From assembly GCA_965223155.1 (NCBI GenBank), contig CBDCVR010000014.1:960001-1024000 (forward strand): a stretch of DNA of 64,000 nucleotides, read 5' to 3'. Positions 1-9,012 of the stretch are shown here, in pieces (positions within the stretch are counted from its first letter, which is position 1; the number at the start of each line of letters is the position of its first letter). The notes under the pieces are model-generated. The model searched no databases. It saw only the letters and a program-made list of their open reading frames with translations, and had not been told where the DNA came from. The stretch comes from Candidatus Multivoradales bacterium. GTDB lineage: Bacteria > Acidobacteriota > Thermoanaerobaculia > Multivoradales > JAHEKO01. The translations under genes and the position numbers were made by a program.

Positions 1-822
1 GCTACAGAGAACCACCAGGAGGTTCGAAACCATCGACGCCTTGCGCTCCTCGTCGAGCTCGAGAATTTCCTGCTCGGACAGCATCTCGAGCGCGCTCTCG
101 ACCATGCCGACCGCACCCTCGACGATCTTCTGGCGGGCCGCAACCACCGCCGATGCCTGCTGCCGCTGCAGCATGGCGGCGGCGATCTCGGGAGCGTAGG
201 CGAGGTGGCTGATACGCGCCTCGAGGACGCGGATGCCGGCCTTTTCCAAACGCTGCTGGACCTCGCCGCGCAGTTGCTTCGAGATCTCGGAGGTGTTGCC
301 GGTCAGTGAGGTTTCCTCGCCCTCGTGGGCATCGTACGGGTAGCCGGTGGCGAGATTCCGCAACGCCGCCTCGCTCTGAACGTGGACGAAGTCGCGATAG
401 TCATCGACGTTGAAGATCGCCTCGGCGGTATCGACCACCCGCCAGACCACGACCGCGGCGGTCTCGATGGGATTACCGCGCAGATCGTTGACCTTGAGCT
501 TGCCGGTCTCGAAGTTCCGCGTGCGCACCGAGACCTTGCGCTTTGTCAGGAGAGGATTGGCCCAGCGCAGCCCCGGGTCGTAGGCCGTGCCGCGGTACGA
601 GCCGAAGAGCTGCAGCAATTGGGGCCGGTTGGGGTGAACGGTGAAGAAACCCACCCAGAGGAAGACGAGGAAGCCGCCGGCGAACCCACCGAAGACGAGA
701 CGACCCGCTGTCTGGATCAAAGTCCCGTTGAAAAACAACCACACCAGAGCGACCGTGGCCGCCGTTAGCACTCCGAACATGAGAAACCCGGACACGGCGC
801 GGACCCTATTCTCTTGAATCAT
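1..822 (-). CDS. SPFH/band-7 (stomatin-like) membrane protein, 3' end beyond window
   Basis: Hand translation (not in ORF track): [17 protein letters not shown]..., two N-terminal TM segments, [13 protein letters not shown] and [21 protein letters not shown] motifs typical of bacterial SPFH proteins; GGGAGG RBS upstream of ATG at 822. Confidence 0.9.
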   Translation of the reverse strand, partial: MIQENRVRAVSGFLMFGVLTAATVALVWLFFNGTLIQTAGRLVFGGFAGGFLVFLWVGFFTVHPNRPQLLQLFGSYRGTAYDPGLRWANPLLTKRKVSVRTRNFETGKLKVNDLRGNPIETAAVVVWRVVDTAEAIFNVDDYRDFVHVQSEAALRNLATGYPYDAHEGEETSLTGNTSEISKQLRGEVQQRLEKAGIRVLEARISHLAYAPEIAAAMLQRQQASAVVAARQKIVEGAVGMVESALEMLSEQEILELDEERKASMVSNLLVVLCS

Positions 823-842
823 AGTGACCTCCCTTCGTTCTA

Positions 843-876
843 GTCGATATCAAAATGATATCATTCTGATATCGAC
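843..876. promoter_or_regulatory. 34-bp near-perfect palindrome, candidate operator
   Basis: GTCGATATCA-A-AATGATATCATT-C-TGATATCGAC; three GATATC units at 11-bp spacing, about 20 bp upstream of the SPFH start. Confidence 0.7.
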
Positions 877-935
877 CTGTCCACCCAGCCCGTTGGAGCA
901 CGCAACCAGCGTCTTCCACAATTCCCGACGAGCGC

Positions 936-1799
936 CTACAAGGGCAGGAGGCTGTATGCCGGCTCTTCCGCCGGTACCGAAACCTTCCGGGCGGCAAACA
1001 GCGTGTTGCCCCACGCGTAGCGCCACAGGGGCACCCGACTCAGCACTCGGCGAACCCACCGCTGCAGTACCGACGGGTTCGGGTTGTGGACCAGGCTTTG
1101 CTGTACGAGGATCTCAAGACCGGCAGCCTCGAGAAACCGCCGGAGGAGGACGGACTGGGTTACAAAGACGGCGTCGGAGTCGGGAACGTACTCTGCGGTC
1201 AAGGCCAAGGGGTTGGCAACCACGTCGAAGCGATGGCGCCCGTCGAGGACGGAGCGCAGCTGGCGGCCCAGGCGCCGGAACGCGATCGGCAGTTTCCGGC
1301 GGGGATCGAGCGACGGCGGCAGCGACAGGGGCAGGTCCCAGGCCGAGCCCACAAGGAGAAACAGGGCACCTGGGCGCAGCACACGAACGGCCTCGAGCAA
1401 GATGCGCCCCGGCTCGTGGAAGTGCTCGATTGCCCAAGTAGAGACGACCGCGTCGAAAGACTCGTCGGCGAACGGCAACCGCTCCGCGTCCCCACGCACC
1501 AGCTCCGCCGGGCGATCCAGCGAACGGGCCTTCACCAGACCCGCCGTTGAGACGTCGACGCCGACGTACCGACAACCGGCGGGCAGCCATTGGGCGTTCT
1601 CACACGAGCCACAGCCCAGACCCAGGACCAACTCGGAACCTGTCAGCCTTGAGAAAAGCTCGTTGCGCTCGGGAGCGGCCTCGGGATTGGCCCCGGCCGA
1701 CAGCTCGTAGTAGACCGAGCTCTCGTTCCAGAAGCGCTTGAGGCTACGCTCTCTGTCCGCCGGGCCGCCGGCGGCAAGGTCCCCAGGAATCTTCGGCAG
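936..1799 (-). CDS. Class I SAM-dependent methyltransferase
   Basis: VLGLGCG motif I, YVGVDVS, GDAERLPFADESFDAV, VRVLRPG; the frame is open upstream of the track start (1631) to a CTG at 1799 preceded by GAGGAGG. Confidence 0.85.
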   Translation of the reverse strand: MPKIPGDLAAGGPADRERSLKRFWNESSVYYELSAGANPEAAPERNELFSRLTGSELVLGLGCGSCENAQWLPAGCRYVGVDVSTAGLVKARSLDRPAELVRGDAERLPFADESFDAVVSTWAIEHFHEPGRILLEAVRVLRPGALFLLVGSAWDLPLSLPPSLDPRRKLPIAFRRLGRQLRSVLDGRHRFDVVANPLALTAEYVPDSDAVFVTQSVLLRRFLEAAGLEILVQQSLVHNPNPSVLQRWVRRVLSRVPLWRYAWGNTLFAARKVSVPAEEPAYSLLPL

Positions 1800-2107
1800 G
1801 TCTGGACCCTCCTCGAACCAAACGCAAAGTCAACTCCCCGGCGCGGCTCCCCATCCCTCGGAGACACCTTGCGCCGCACCATCGGATCTTGAACTCGTGC
1901 CTATTGTACAGAGTGGCGGGCGCATCGGCGCAAAGCCGCGGCCCAGGACGTGCCCGGCCGGCGAAGATCGGTATCGGGACTACCTGACCCTGAACCGCCT
2001 TCTAGCAGCCACGGAAGAAGGCGCCCCCTTCCTCGTGACGGCTAGGGCCGAGCTCCACGGCAAGAGCCACTCGAAGAGACCTGCCGGAGCCGTCTCAAGC
2101 CGCATCA

Positions 2108-2266
2108 GCGCCAGACTCTGAAACGTGGTTGCGCCGTAACGATAACGTGCGAACCCGAACCTTCCACACCGGCGGGATAGACCTGGCTGAAGGGCTGGAG
2201 CCCCCCGGCGAACTGCCAGTAGCCTCCGCTCAGACCAGCGTGACCCGAGCCGTTCTGACCCGGCGC
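2108..2266. ncRNA. Candidate structured RNA (long irregular hairpin, 6S-like size and shape)
   Basis: Intergenic; the ends pair (GCGCCAGACTCTGAAACG / CGTTCTGACCCGGCGC), with an internal CCGG/GGG stem and an apical hairpin. Confidence 0.3.
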
Positions 2267-2306
2267 GTTCCCCTGGGGCCTGGACGGTCGATGATAGCGT
2301 CTGTTC

Positions 2307-3455
2307 GTGTCGGCGTCCCTATCTCGCACCCGCTCCCTACGGCTCCCTTTCATAGCGATTGCCATCGGGTTGGCCACGCCGGCGCTCTACGCTCAGACGA
2401 CCCTCCGGGTCGCGACGCTCAACGCCTGGCACGGCCTGCGCAGCGACGAGCTGTCCGTCCGGGAGACGGAGACCGCCGAGCAGCGCGAGGCACGCTTTCA
2501 GTGCCAGATACAAGAGCTGCGCGCGCTGGCGCCGGACATCGTCTTTCTCCAGGAGGTCAACCCGATCCCCCGGCAGTCCGCTCGGTACGCCGAGGCGCTG
2601 GGCTACGACGAGATTCATCGGATCTCTGCGTGCGGCCTGCGGCTAGGTCCGCTGAAGTTTCCGAGGAGTCTCAGCGAGGGGCTCACGATTCTAGCCAAGC
2701 CTGAGCTCGGCTTACGTGAGCTCGGAACGACCAAGCTGAGTGGCCCTGGAGGTTGCTGGTGCCGGCGCTTTTCTCTCCAACTCGGCGAGTCCCGCTACGC
2801 ACTCTTCGGCGAGATCAGCCTCAATGGCCGCCGCGTGCTCCTCGCGAACACGCATCTTCACGCTCGCGCCTACGTCGGCGAAGACTTCGAGTCCTCGATC
2901 CGGTCGCTGGCCGAGGCGGGCTCGATCTCGGGCAAGCAGCGGGACCAGATCTTCAAAGCCCACTCCAAAGCGCGCGAGCGAAACGCACTGGAGGCGGCTC
3001 GGCTCCTCGAGGCAACCGATCGCATCGAGCGACGGTGGGCCGCGAGCGGGGCGTCTCCCTTCGAGGCCGTCCTTCTGGGTGGCGACTTCAACGCCACGCC
3101 CGACTCCGACGTGGTGCGCTCGATCCGGTCCGGGGGCTTCGACAACCTGACCAAGGCGAGTCCGGGCGCCTACGCGACTCTCGACTGGCAGGGTAACGAC
3201 AATCGCCACGCCGCCAAGAGCGCTCGCTACTCACTGCCCGATTTCGGGGTGTCCGACCTCCAAGAGCTGTACCGGAAATGGCAAGACGAGCCCCACCAGG
3301 TGGATTACCTCTTCTTGCGTTCGGACGGCATCCGGTCCGCGGACAACGCGCGAATCGCCTTTGACAGCCGCTGCGACGACGGCCGCTTTCCCTCGGATCA
3401 CTACGGCCTGGCGGTCGACATCGAGCTGCCCGCGGCCGAGGCGTCGGAGCCCTGA
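2307..3455 (+). CDS. Secreted endonuclease/exonuclease/phosphatase (EEP) family protein
   Basis: Signal peptide; TLN, DIVFLQE, NTHL, GDFN, VDYLF and SDHYG motifs. Confidence 0.9.
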   Translation: MSASLSRTRSLRLPFIAIAIGLATPALYAQTTLRVATLNAWHGLRSDELSVRETETAEQREARFQCQIQELRALAPDIVFLQEVNPIPRQSARYAEALGYDEIHRISACGLRLGPLKFPRSLSEGLTILAKPELGLRELGTTKLSGPGGCWCRRFSLQLGESRYALFGEISLNGRRVLLANTHLHARAYVGEDFESSIRSLAEAGSISGKQRDQIFKAHSKARERNALEAARLLEATDRIERRWAASGASPFEAVLLGGDFNATPDSDVVRSIRSGGFDNLTKASPGAYATLDWQGNDNRHAAKSARYSLPDFGVSDLQELYRKWQDEPHQVDYLFLRSDGIRSADNARIAFDSRCDDGRFPSDHYGLAVDIELPAAEASEP

Positions 3456-3474
3456 GCTCAGAGCCCGGCTGGCC

Positions 3475-5622
3475 TTAGGTCCGTCCGCATCCCAACTTCT
3501 TGCACAGCATCTTGGCGAACCGGCGCGTGGGCACGTAGAACGACAGGCCGAAGTCGATCGCGTTGTCCCGTTCCAGCCTGCGCGCCGCGGTGGGCCGATG
3601 GTCGCTCGAGAGTCCCAGGCTCAGAGTAAAGATGTTGAACCCCCACTCCACTTGAACCCCGGTCATGGGCCGCGTGCTGGAGCCGCCCGCTAGATCAAAG
3701 GACCGCGCGCCCGCCTCGACGCTCACCTGGCCGTTCAGCCGCCGCCAGTAGGCGCCACCCCGAAGCAAGGCGCCATAAGCTTCATAGCCGTCTCCGCTCA
3801 GGTACGAGATCCCGCCAACCACGAACGGCCCGCCCACGTGCTGGAGCCCTTGCCGCGGAGCCACTTCCGTTTCGATGTCCTCTCGCCTGATGACCACCGC
3901 GGTTCGGGGCCGGAAGTAGCGCACCGGAAACTCCACGCGGTACTGGGGTCTCAGATCCTTCTCGCCGCCTCCCATCAGCGTTTGGCCGCGGATCGAGACA
4001 ATGACCATCTCTCCCGGGCGCAAGCTCGGATCGTCGTGGCGAACGGGCGAGGTGTCCGAGGTATCCGAAGTATCAGAGGCCGGGGGGTCCGGGGAGCCAC
4101 CAGAGCCGGCGGCGAAGCGGAACGCGCCGTAGTTCAAGTAGGCCTCCATCGGCCCGAGCTCGGGCGCGCCGGGACGATCCCGCCAAAGCGGAAGCCACTC
4201 GAACGTTCGGATTCGGTTGACGGCCACGCCATCCCGAAACGACAGCAGGACGTCGAGAACCGCCCGCGCGCTCAGAAGCGTCAGATAGGCGAGCTGCCCC
4301 CGCCCCCGGCCCAGATCGCCGTCGCCGAAAAACACCAGACACGCGGCTTCCGATCTGTCCTCGAAAAGGGCTTCGAGCTCGCCGAGCTGATCGGGCAGCT
4401 TGGCAAGGGCGCAGGCATCGTCCGCGACCGCGCCGGCGCGCTGCGCGACCAGCTTCTTGGTCTTGCCTCCCACTGCCGCCGCCCAGGCAAGGCGATTGTC
4501 GAGGTGACGCACTCCGGACAGACACACCTTGGCGGCCTCCCGGTCGGCATCGGCGGTTCCGGACCCCGGCCCGGAAGCTGCCGCGCTCGACCCGCCCGGC
4601 ATCGGCGGGCAGGCGACGTCTCCCTCGAGCTTGTCTCGGTCGCAGTTCACGGTTCCGTACGGTTCCGTCCAGTTCGGAAGCTCCCGAGCCAACTGCCGTC
4701 TGAGAGCTCCCAGGTCCTGGTCGAAACGGTCGGCAAACGAGTCCTCGCCGCCGGCGGGAGCTTCGAGACAGAAGGGAATCCCCGCGGCATTGACCCGGTC
4801 GTGCAGCGCGTTGGCGGCGATTCCCTGCATGTCGGACCGCGCGGTGACCACATGGCCGGGCGCGTGCAAATCCTGCAGATAGTGGAGCGCCGCCGCCGTC
4901 CGCACGACCGCCTCGACCAGGCTGATGCTTCCGGCCGCGGCGAGCGCGGTCGTATCCGCGTGCTTGCGCCGGAAGGCGGTGATGGCATCCCCCTGGAAGT
5001 GGTTGACGTTCGAATGCATGGCGTCGACCTTCTTGCTGAGCAAAGCGCTCGTGCTCAACACATCGACACTCGGCCAGTGAACTTCGCGGACCGGGTCTCC
5101 GAGGTTCCTCGTCCCGCCGGGAGCGCCGTCAGCTCCCTGCTCGGCATTTGCCGTCCCCGCGCCCGCCCGAGGAAACTCCCCGATCTGAGCGAGAAACGGG
5201 TGATGGGCCGTCCCCGCCCGATCGATCAGCGCCACCAGGTCGCCGAAGCTCCGGGCCTTGAAGCGCGGGCGAGGCCGGTCGGGCTCGCGCCTGTCGAGAA
5301 GCGAGCACGGCACCTTGCGACCGGCCGATGTGGGGCTGTCGAAGCCCGGCTCACACACGAGAAACGACCCCAGAAGGCCCAGTTCCTCCTCGTCGAGACC
5401 GCCAATCGAGCCCCCCGGCTCGGAGGCTCCTCTCGCGGACCCAGGAGCGCACTCCGGATCCGCTACACACGAGACGGCCAGGGCGAACGCCCAGTTCGAT
5501 ACGCGCCGGTGTTCGTCGTACGAGAAGCCCGACGCGGCCCGAGCCGGCGCCAGCATCGCCACCAGGAGCAACAGGATCGGCCCGAAGCCGCGCCGGCTGG
5601 CGCTCGCTCTCGCGTTCGCCAT
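3475..5622 (-). CDS. Secreted Zn-dependent phospholipase C/P1-nuclease-like protein with beta-rich C-terminal domain
   Basis: Probable start MANARASAS (ATG 5622 overlaps the upstream TGA); signal peptide, then FSYDEH, NHF, HYLQDLHAPGH and LHDRVN metal-ligand motifs. Confidence 0.6.
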   Translation of the reverse strand: MANARASASRRGFGPILLLLVAMLAPARAASGFSYDEHRRVSNWAFALAVSCVADPECAPGSARGASEPGGSIGGLDEEELGLLGSFLVCEPGFDSPTSAGRKVPCSLLDRREPDRPRPRFKARSFGDLVALIDRAGTAHHPFLAQIGEFPRAGAGTANAEQGADGAPGGTRNLGDPVREVHWPSVDVLSTSALLSKKVDAMHSNVNHFQGDAITAFRRKHADTTALAAAGSISLVEAVVRTAAALHYLQDLHAPGHVVTARSDMQGIAANALHDRVNAAGIPFCLEAPAGGEDSFADRFDQDLGALRRQLARELPNWTEPYGTVNCDRDKLEGDVACPPMPGGSSAAASGPGSGTADADREAAKVCLSGVRHLDNRLAWAAAVGGKTKKLVAQRAGAVADDACALAKLPDQLGELEALFEDRSEAACLVFFGDGDLGRGRGQLAYLTLLSARAVLDVLLSFRDGVAVNRIRTFEWLPLWRDRPGAPELGPMEAYLNYGAFRFAAGSGGSPDPPASDTSDTSDTSPVRHDDPSLRPGEMVIVSIRGQTLMGGGEKDLRPQYRVEFPVRYFRPRTAVVIRREDIETEVAPRQGLQHVGGPFVVGGISYLSGDGYEAYGALLRGGAYWRRLNGQVSVEAGARSFDLAGGSSTRPMTGVQVEWGFNIFTLSLGLSSDHRPTAARRLERDNAIDFGLSFYVPTRRFAKMLCKKLGCGRT

Positions 5623-7229
5623 CACGGCCCCTCCGGGTCCTCGGCCTCGGCGCCCACCTGCCCGCCTTCCGACGGTACGTACGCTCCCCACCCCTCCGGG
5701 ACGAAGCAGCTTCGGCCGTCCGCCGCTGGCAGGTCGCGAGTCGCCGGCTCCCAGCACTCCGGCTTCCAGAACCGAAACGAGCTCGAGAAGGCTCCGTGTC
5801 TTCGAGGGTGGGTTCCCTTGACGCACTTGCCATGACCGTAAGCCTTGAAATGGATGCGGCTACGGACGTCGTCCGGCAGCTCCGGCGCGGGCGCGATCCG
5901 GAGCAGGTTGTTGATACGGCCCGCCGTCCGTCCTTCCGTGATCTGCGGATCGTCCAGATAGTCATCGAGCCACACCAGCAGGGACCCCCGCGGGGGCAGG
6001 TCGAAGGCATTGACCTCGCGAACCTCGGCCTTGCGGCCGAGCGCCAGGTGGTAGACCGCGGCCTCGGCATTCCTCTCGAGATGGGGAATCGCGACGTCCT
6101 CGAAACTCTGCAGGGTGTCGGCGGACGCCATATACACCAGGTTCTGAATGGGCAGCCGCTCTCCGAAGTACTCGACCACGCCGTTAATCACGATGGCTCC
6201 CATGCTGTGGCCGGCCAGGGTGATCTCCCAGTCGTCACCTTCCAGCTCTTCGCTCAACCGGTGGAGAAAGCGAGCCAGCGACCCGGTCGCCGAGCTGGGC
6301 GTCGGCGCGCAAAAGAACTTCCCGCTCGGCAGCTCCCGGCACTCCGGGAGGTCCTCCTCGTCCCGCGGCGCGTATCCCCCGCGCCGGTGCTCGTCGTCTC
6401 GAAAGAGGGTCAGCGTGCGCCGCTTCATGACGTCCCACGCGCTCTTGCCCATCGCGTCGATGAACGGAGCCAGCACAGCCTTGGTCGGCAGCGTAACGAC
6501 AAAGGCGCCGATTCGAGCGGCCTGGCCGCTCCGGCCGCCTTCGCAAACCTCGTCCTCGAGATTGCCCCACTCCCAGAAGTTGTCGGGGTTCTCCTCGGTC
6601 AGCGCCTCCGCCGTCTGCCGGGTCGAGGAATTCGCCTTCGAGCCTGTGCGTGCCCGGTAGAGATTCTTCAATTGCGAGGCCCAGACGATCGGGGCGCGGC
6701 CGATGCCGCGCAGGAGGTCGGTCGCCAGGTAGAACGGTGACAGCACGACGTAGGCGTGCCCCCTTGGGTAGTACTTCCCCTGCCGGACATGAAAAAGATG
6801 GTCGAAGTAGCTCGACCGCAGGGACGAGCGCCAGACCACGAACAGGGGATAGAAATCGCTCTCTTCCTCGATAAGCCTTTCGAGCTGGGCCGCTCGCTTG
6901 AGAGCGTTCTTGCGCTGGTTGAGACCGCCGTGGACGAAGACCAGAACCTTGCGCCGGTCTTGAGCCTTCAGGGCGGTGACGATGCGCTCGATGTGCTTGT
7001 CATAGCAGGCCTCAGTCAGAGGCCTCGTCGCGCGGCTGGTGTCGGTCGGCGCTCCTCTCCTGTTGAAGGCCAACGCGTGCTCGGGCGACGGCACGCCCTC
7101 ATCGGCGGGCACCTCGGGACACACGACGTCCGTGCTCGAGGCATCGACCCGAGCCCGCGGATTCGTACTACACGCCGCCGACACCAGAATCGGCAGGCCA
7201 ACGGCTACCAGAACGAAGCGCTTCCCCAT
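5622..7229 (-). CDS. Alpha/beta hydrolase lipoprotein
   Basis: GAGGAGG RBS, lipobox VSAAC, VFVHGG oxyanion motif, GHSMG nucleophile elbow, C-terminal His. Confidence 0.8.
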   Translation of the reverse strand: MGKRFVLVAVGLPILVSAACSTNPRARVDASSTDVVCPEVPADEGVPSPEHALAFNRRGAPTDTSRATRPLTEACYDKHIERIVTALKAQDRRKVLVFVHGGLNQRKNALKRAAQLERLIEEESDFYPLFVVWRSSLRSSYFDHLFHVRQGKYYPRGHAYVVLSPFYLATDLLRGIGRAPIVWASQLKNLYRARTGSKANSSTRQTAEALTEENPDNFWEWGNLEDEVCEGGRSGQAARIGAFVVTLPTKAVLAPFIDAMGKSAWDVMKRRTLTLFRDDEHRRGGYAPRDEEDLPECRELPSGKFFCAPTPSSATGSLARFLHRLSEELEGDDWEITLAGHSMGAIVINGVVEYFGERLPIQNLVYMASADTLQSFEDVAIPHLERNAEAAVYHLALGRKAEVREVNAFDLPPRGSLLVWLDDYLDDPQITEGRTAGRINNLLRIAPAPELPDDVRSRIHFKAYGHGKCVKGTHPRRHGAFSSSFRFWKPECWEPATRDLPAADGRSCFVPEGWGAYVPSEGGQVGAEAEDPEGP

Positions 7230-7724
7230 CTGCTTCAACCTCCTCGGGACCAAGATCCCAGGAATGCAGCCGGCAAGAAACCGACACCCGGCTCCGGGCG
7301 CCGGTCCCGCCACTGTCCAACGAACGTGCTCTGAACCTAGCATGGGTGGGCCCTGAGCAGGGGTCCCGCTGCCCTCGCGGCAGCGATCGGGCTCTCCTCT
7401 CAGAGGGCCGGTCCTTCGCGCCGTCATTTCTTGCCGGAGTCCCTAGACCGAGCTCGAGGTCGGCGCCGACGGCTCCGTTACCGAGATCCAGGCTGGGCTC
7501 CGAACCGCTCGTGAACGGGCCGCACCGGGGTGAAGCGAACGCTCCACAGACTGCTCCGAGAAAGATGCTACGGCAGCTTCGACAGGCGGCCGAACCATCG
7601 GCTGGCCCGGATTCAGCTCGAGGCCGAGTCGGGTATAGTCCGGCCGACAAGCGAGTCTATGCAGGGCAGGCCGGCGTTCTCCTAGGGGAACCGCGGGTTT
7701 TCTTGCTGTCTCCGAGCCGATTCC

Positions 7725-8477
7725 ATGTCGTCGTCGTCCTTGATCGCTGCCGCCGACGCCGGTTGGAAGCTCGTCTTCGACCGGGCCGTCATCATCCGCC
7801 ACCGGGATCCGAAGTGGTACTTCTGCACCGAGAGCGCGACCAGGCTCTGGCGTGAGATGGCCGGCTCGGGACTCGAAGCCGCCAAGTGTTTGGCCCGCCA
7901 CCGTCCTTTCGTGTCCCGCTTGGTCCACTGGGGTCTCCTCGCGGAGGGCCTGCGGCCCGACTTCCCCCCCGGAGGATCCCATCAGGCGGGAGATCCGATG
8001 ATCTTCCGGTTCTCGCACCTGTCTGCCATCCTGCGCCAGTTCCTACCGAATCCCGAATCTGTGACGACCTCTCGGCTTCGGGGTGAAGCGGTGCTGCAAC
8101 TCGCGGACGGCCGACGGTATCGGCACTTTCGACTCGATCCAAACGGTTCCTATCTCTGGGCTCTCCTACGGGAGCAGCCGCGAAGCTTGGCGCAACTGAC
8201 CGAGCTCTTGGCCAGCAGGGGTTCGGCCGCTCCCGAAAGGGTCCAGGCGAAGACTGCATCGTTCCTGCGCACGCTGAAAGAAAACCGCCTGGTCCGGCCC
8301 GTCGAGACAACCGCCCCGGTCGGGACCCATCAGCCGCGCCGGGACCGTCGGCGCCGGGTTCCCCCAACGCGAGTACGCCCGCAACGCAGTGACGGAGACG
8401 TCCTCGATATGCGAGGACTCATGATCTGCGAATCCGTTCCCTTGGACCGGCTCGAGCCGACTCACTCCGTGCGATGA
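7725..8477 (+). CDS. PqqD/RRE-family protein, apparently two tandem RRE-like domains plus a C-terminal tail
   Basis: EAVLQL...HFRLDPNGSYLWALLREQPRSLAQLTELL...FLRTLKENRLV is a PqqD pattern; the N-terminal half has a weaker copy (YFCTESATRLW...FVSRLVHWGLL). Confidence 0.7.
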   Translation: MSSSSLIAAADAGWKLVFDRAVIIRHRDPKWYFCTESATRLWREMAGSGLEAAKCLARHRPFVSRLVHWGLLAEGLRPDFPPGGSHQAGDPMIFRFSHLSAILRQFLPNPESVTTSRLRGEAVLQLADGRRYRHFRLDPNGSYLWALLREQPRSLAQLTELLASRGSAAPERVQAKTASFLRTLKENRLVRPVETTAPVGTHQPRRDRRRRVPPTRVRPQRSDGDVLDMRGLMICESVPLDRLEPTHSVR

Positions 8478-8478
8478 G

Positions 8479-9012
8479 ATGACCCCGGCCAAAGCAGAAC
8501 AGATTCAGCGCATCGCCATCGCATGCCAGTACGGCATCAAGGGCTTCGCCACCGGAATCGATGAATACGTCCTCGAGGCGGTGGTACAAATCGATCGCTG
8601 GCGGCCCGATCTTCTGATCCTCTCGGGCGGTGGCAGGAACGGGCGCACCACCCTACGCGAATCCGACTCAGTCGCGCATCTCTATCGCCGGCATCTTCCC
8701 GACATACCCGTCCTTTTGGAGCGGCACTCCCGAACGACCTGGAAGAACCTGGTGTTCAGCTTCGAGATGCTCTGCGCACTCGGGTGCGCGCCTCGGACGG
8801 TCGCTGTTTTCTGTGACGGCTGCCGCCGAGACAAGGTCCGCGTAGCCTCGAGACTTGCCCGCCGGCGGTTTCCTGAAATGAAGAAGACCCGCCTCGAGAT
8901 CCTGCCGATCGAACGGCAGGCTGCGACGTGGAGGGACTCTCGACTGGCTCAATTCGCGTTCGGCGGCTTTCAATTGGCACACGAGATCGTTCTGGCGGAC
9001 CGGACGGCGTGA
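8479..9012 (+). CDS. YdcF/ElyC/SanA (DUF218) family protein
   Basis: LILSGG...ES and LLERHSRTTWKNL motifs. Confidence 0.7.
   Translation: MTPAKAEQIQRIAIACQYGIKGFATGIDEYVLEAVVQIDRWRPDLLILSGGGRNGRTTLRESDSVAHLYRRHLPDIPVLLERHSRTTWKNLVFSFEMLCALGCAPRTVAVFCDGCRRDKVRVASRLARRRFPEMKKTRLEILPIERQAATWRDSRLAQFAFGGFQLAHEIVLADRTA

Noticed and set aside
2130-2165. tmRNA tag-like AACGATAAC
   Set aside because: No Ala-Ala-stop tag ending and no tRNA-like ends.
3838-6740. Long plus-strand ORFs (665 and 470 aa) and similar ones at 15145, 45011, 49091 and 51287
   Set aside because: Antisense shadows of well-supported genes in GC-rich DNA, with no recognisable motifs.
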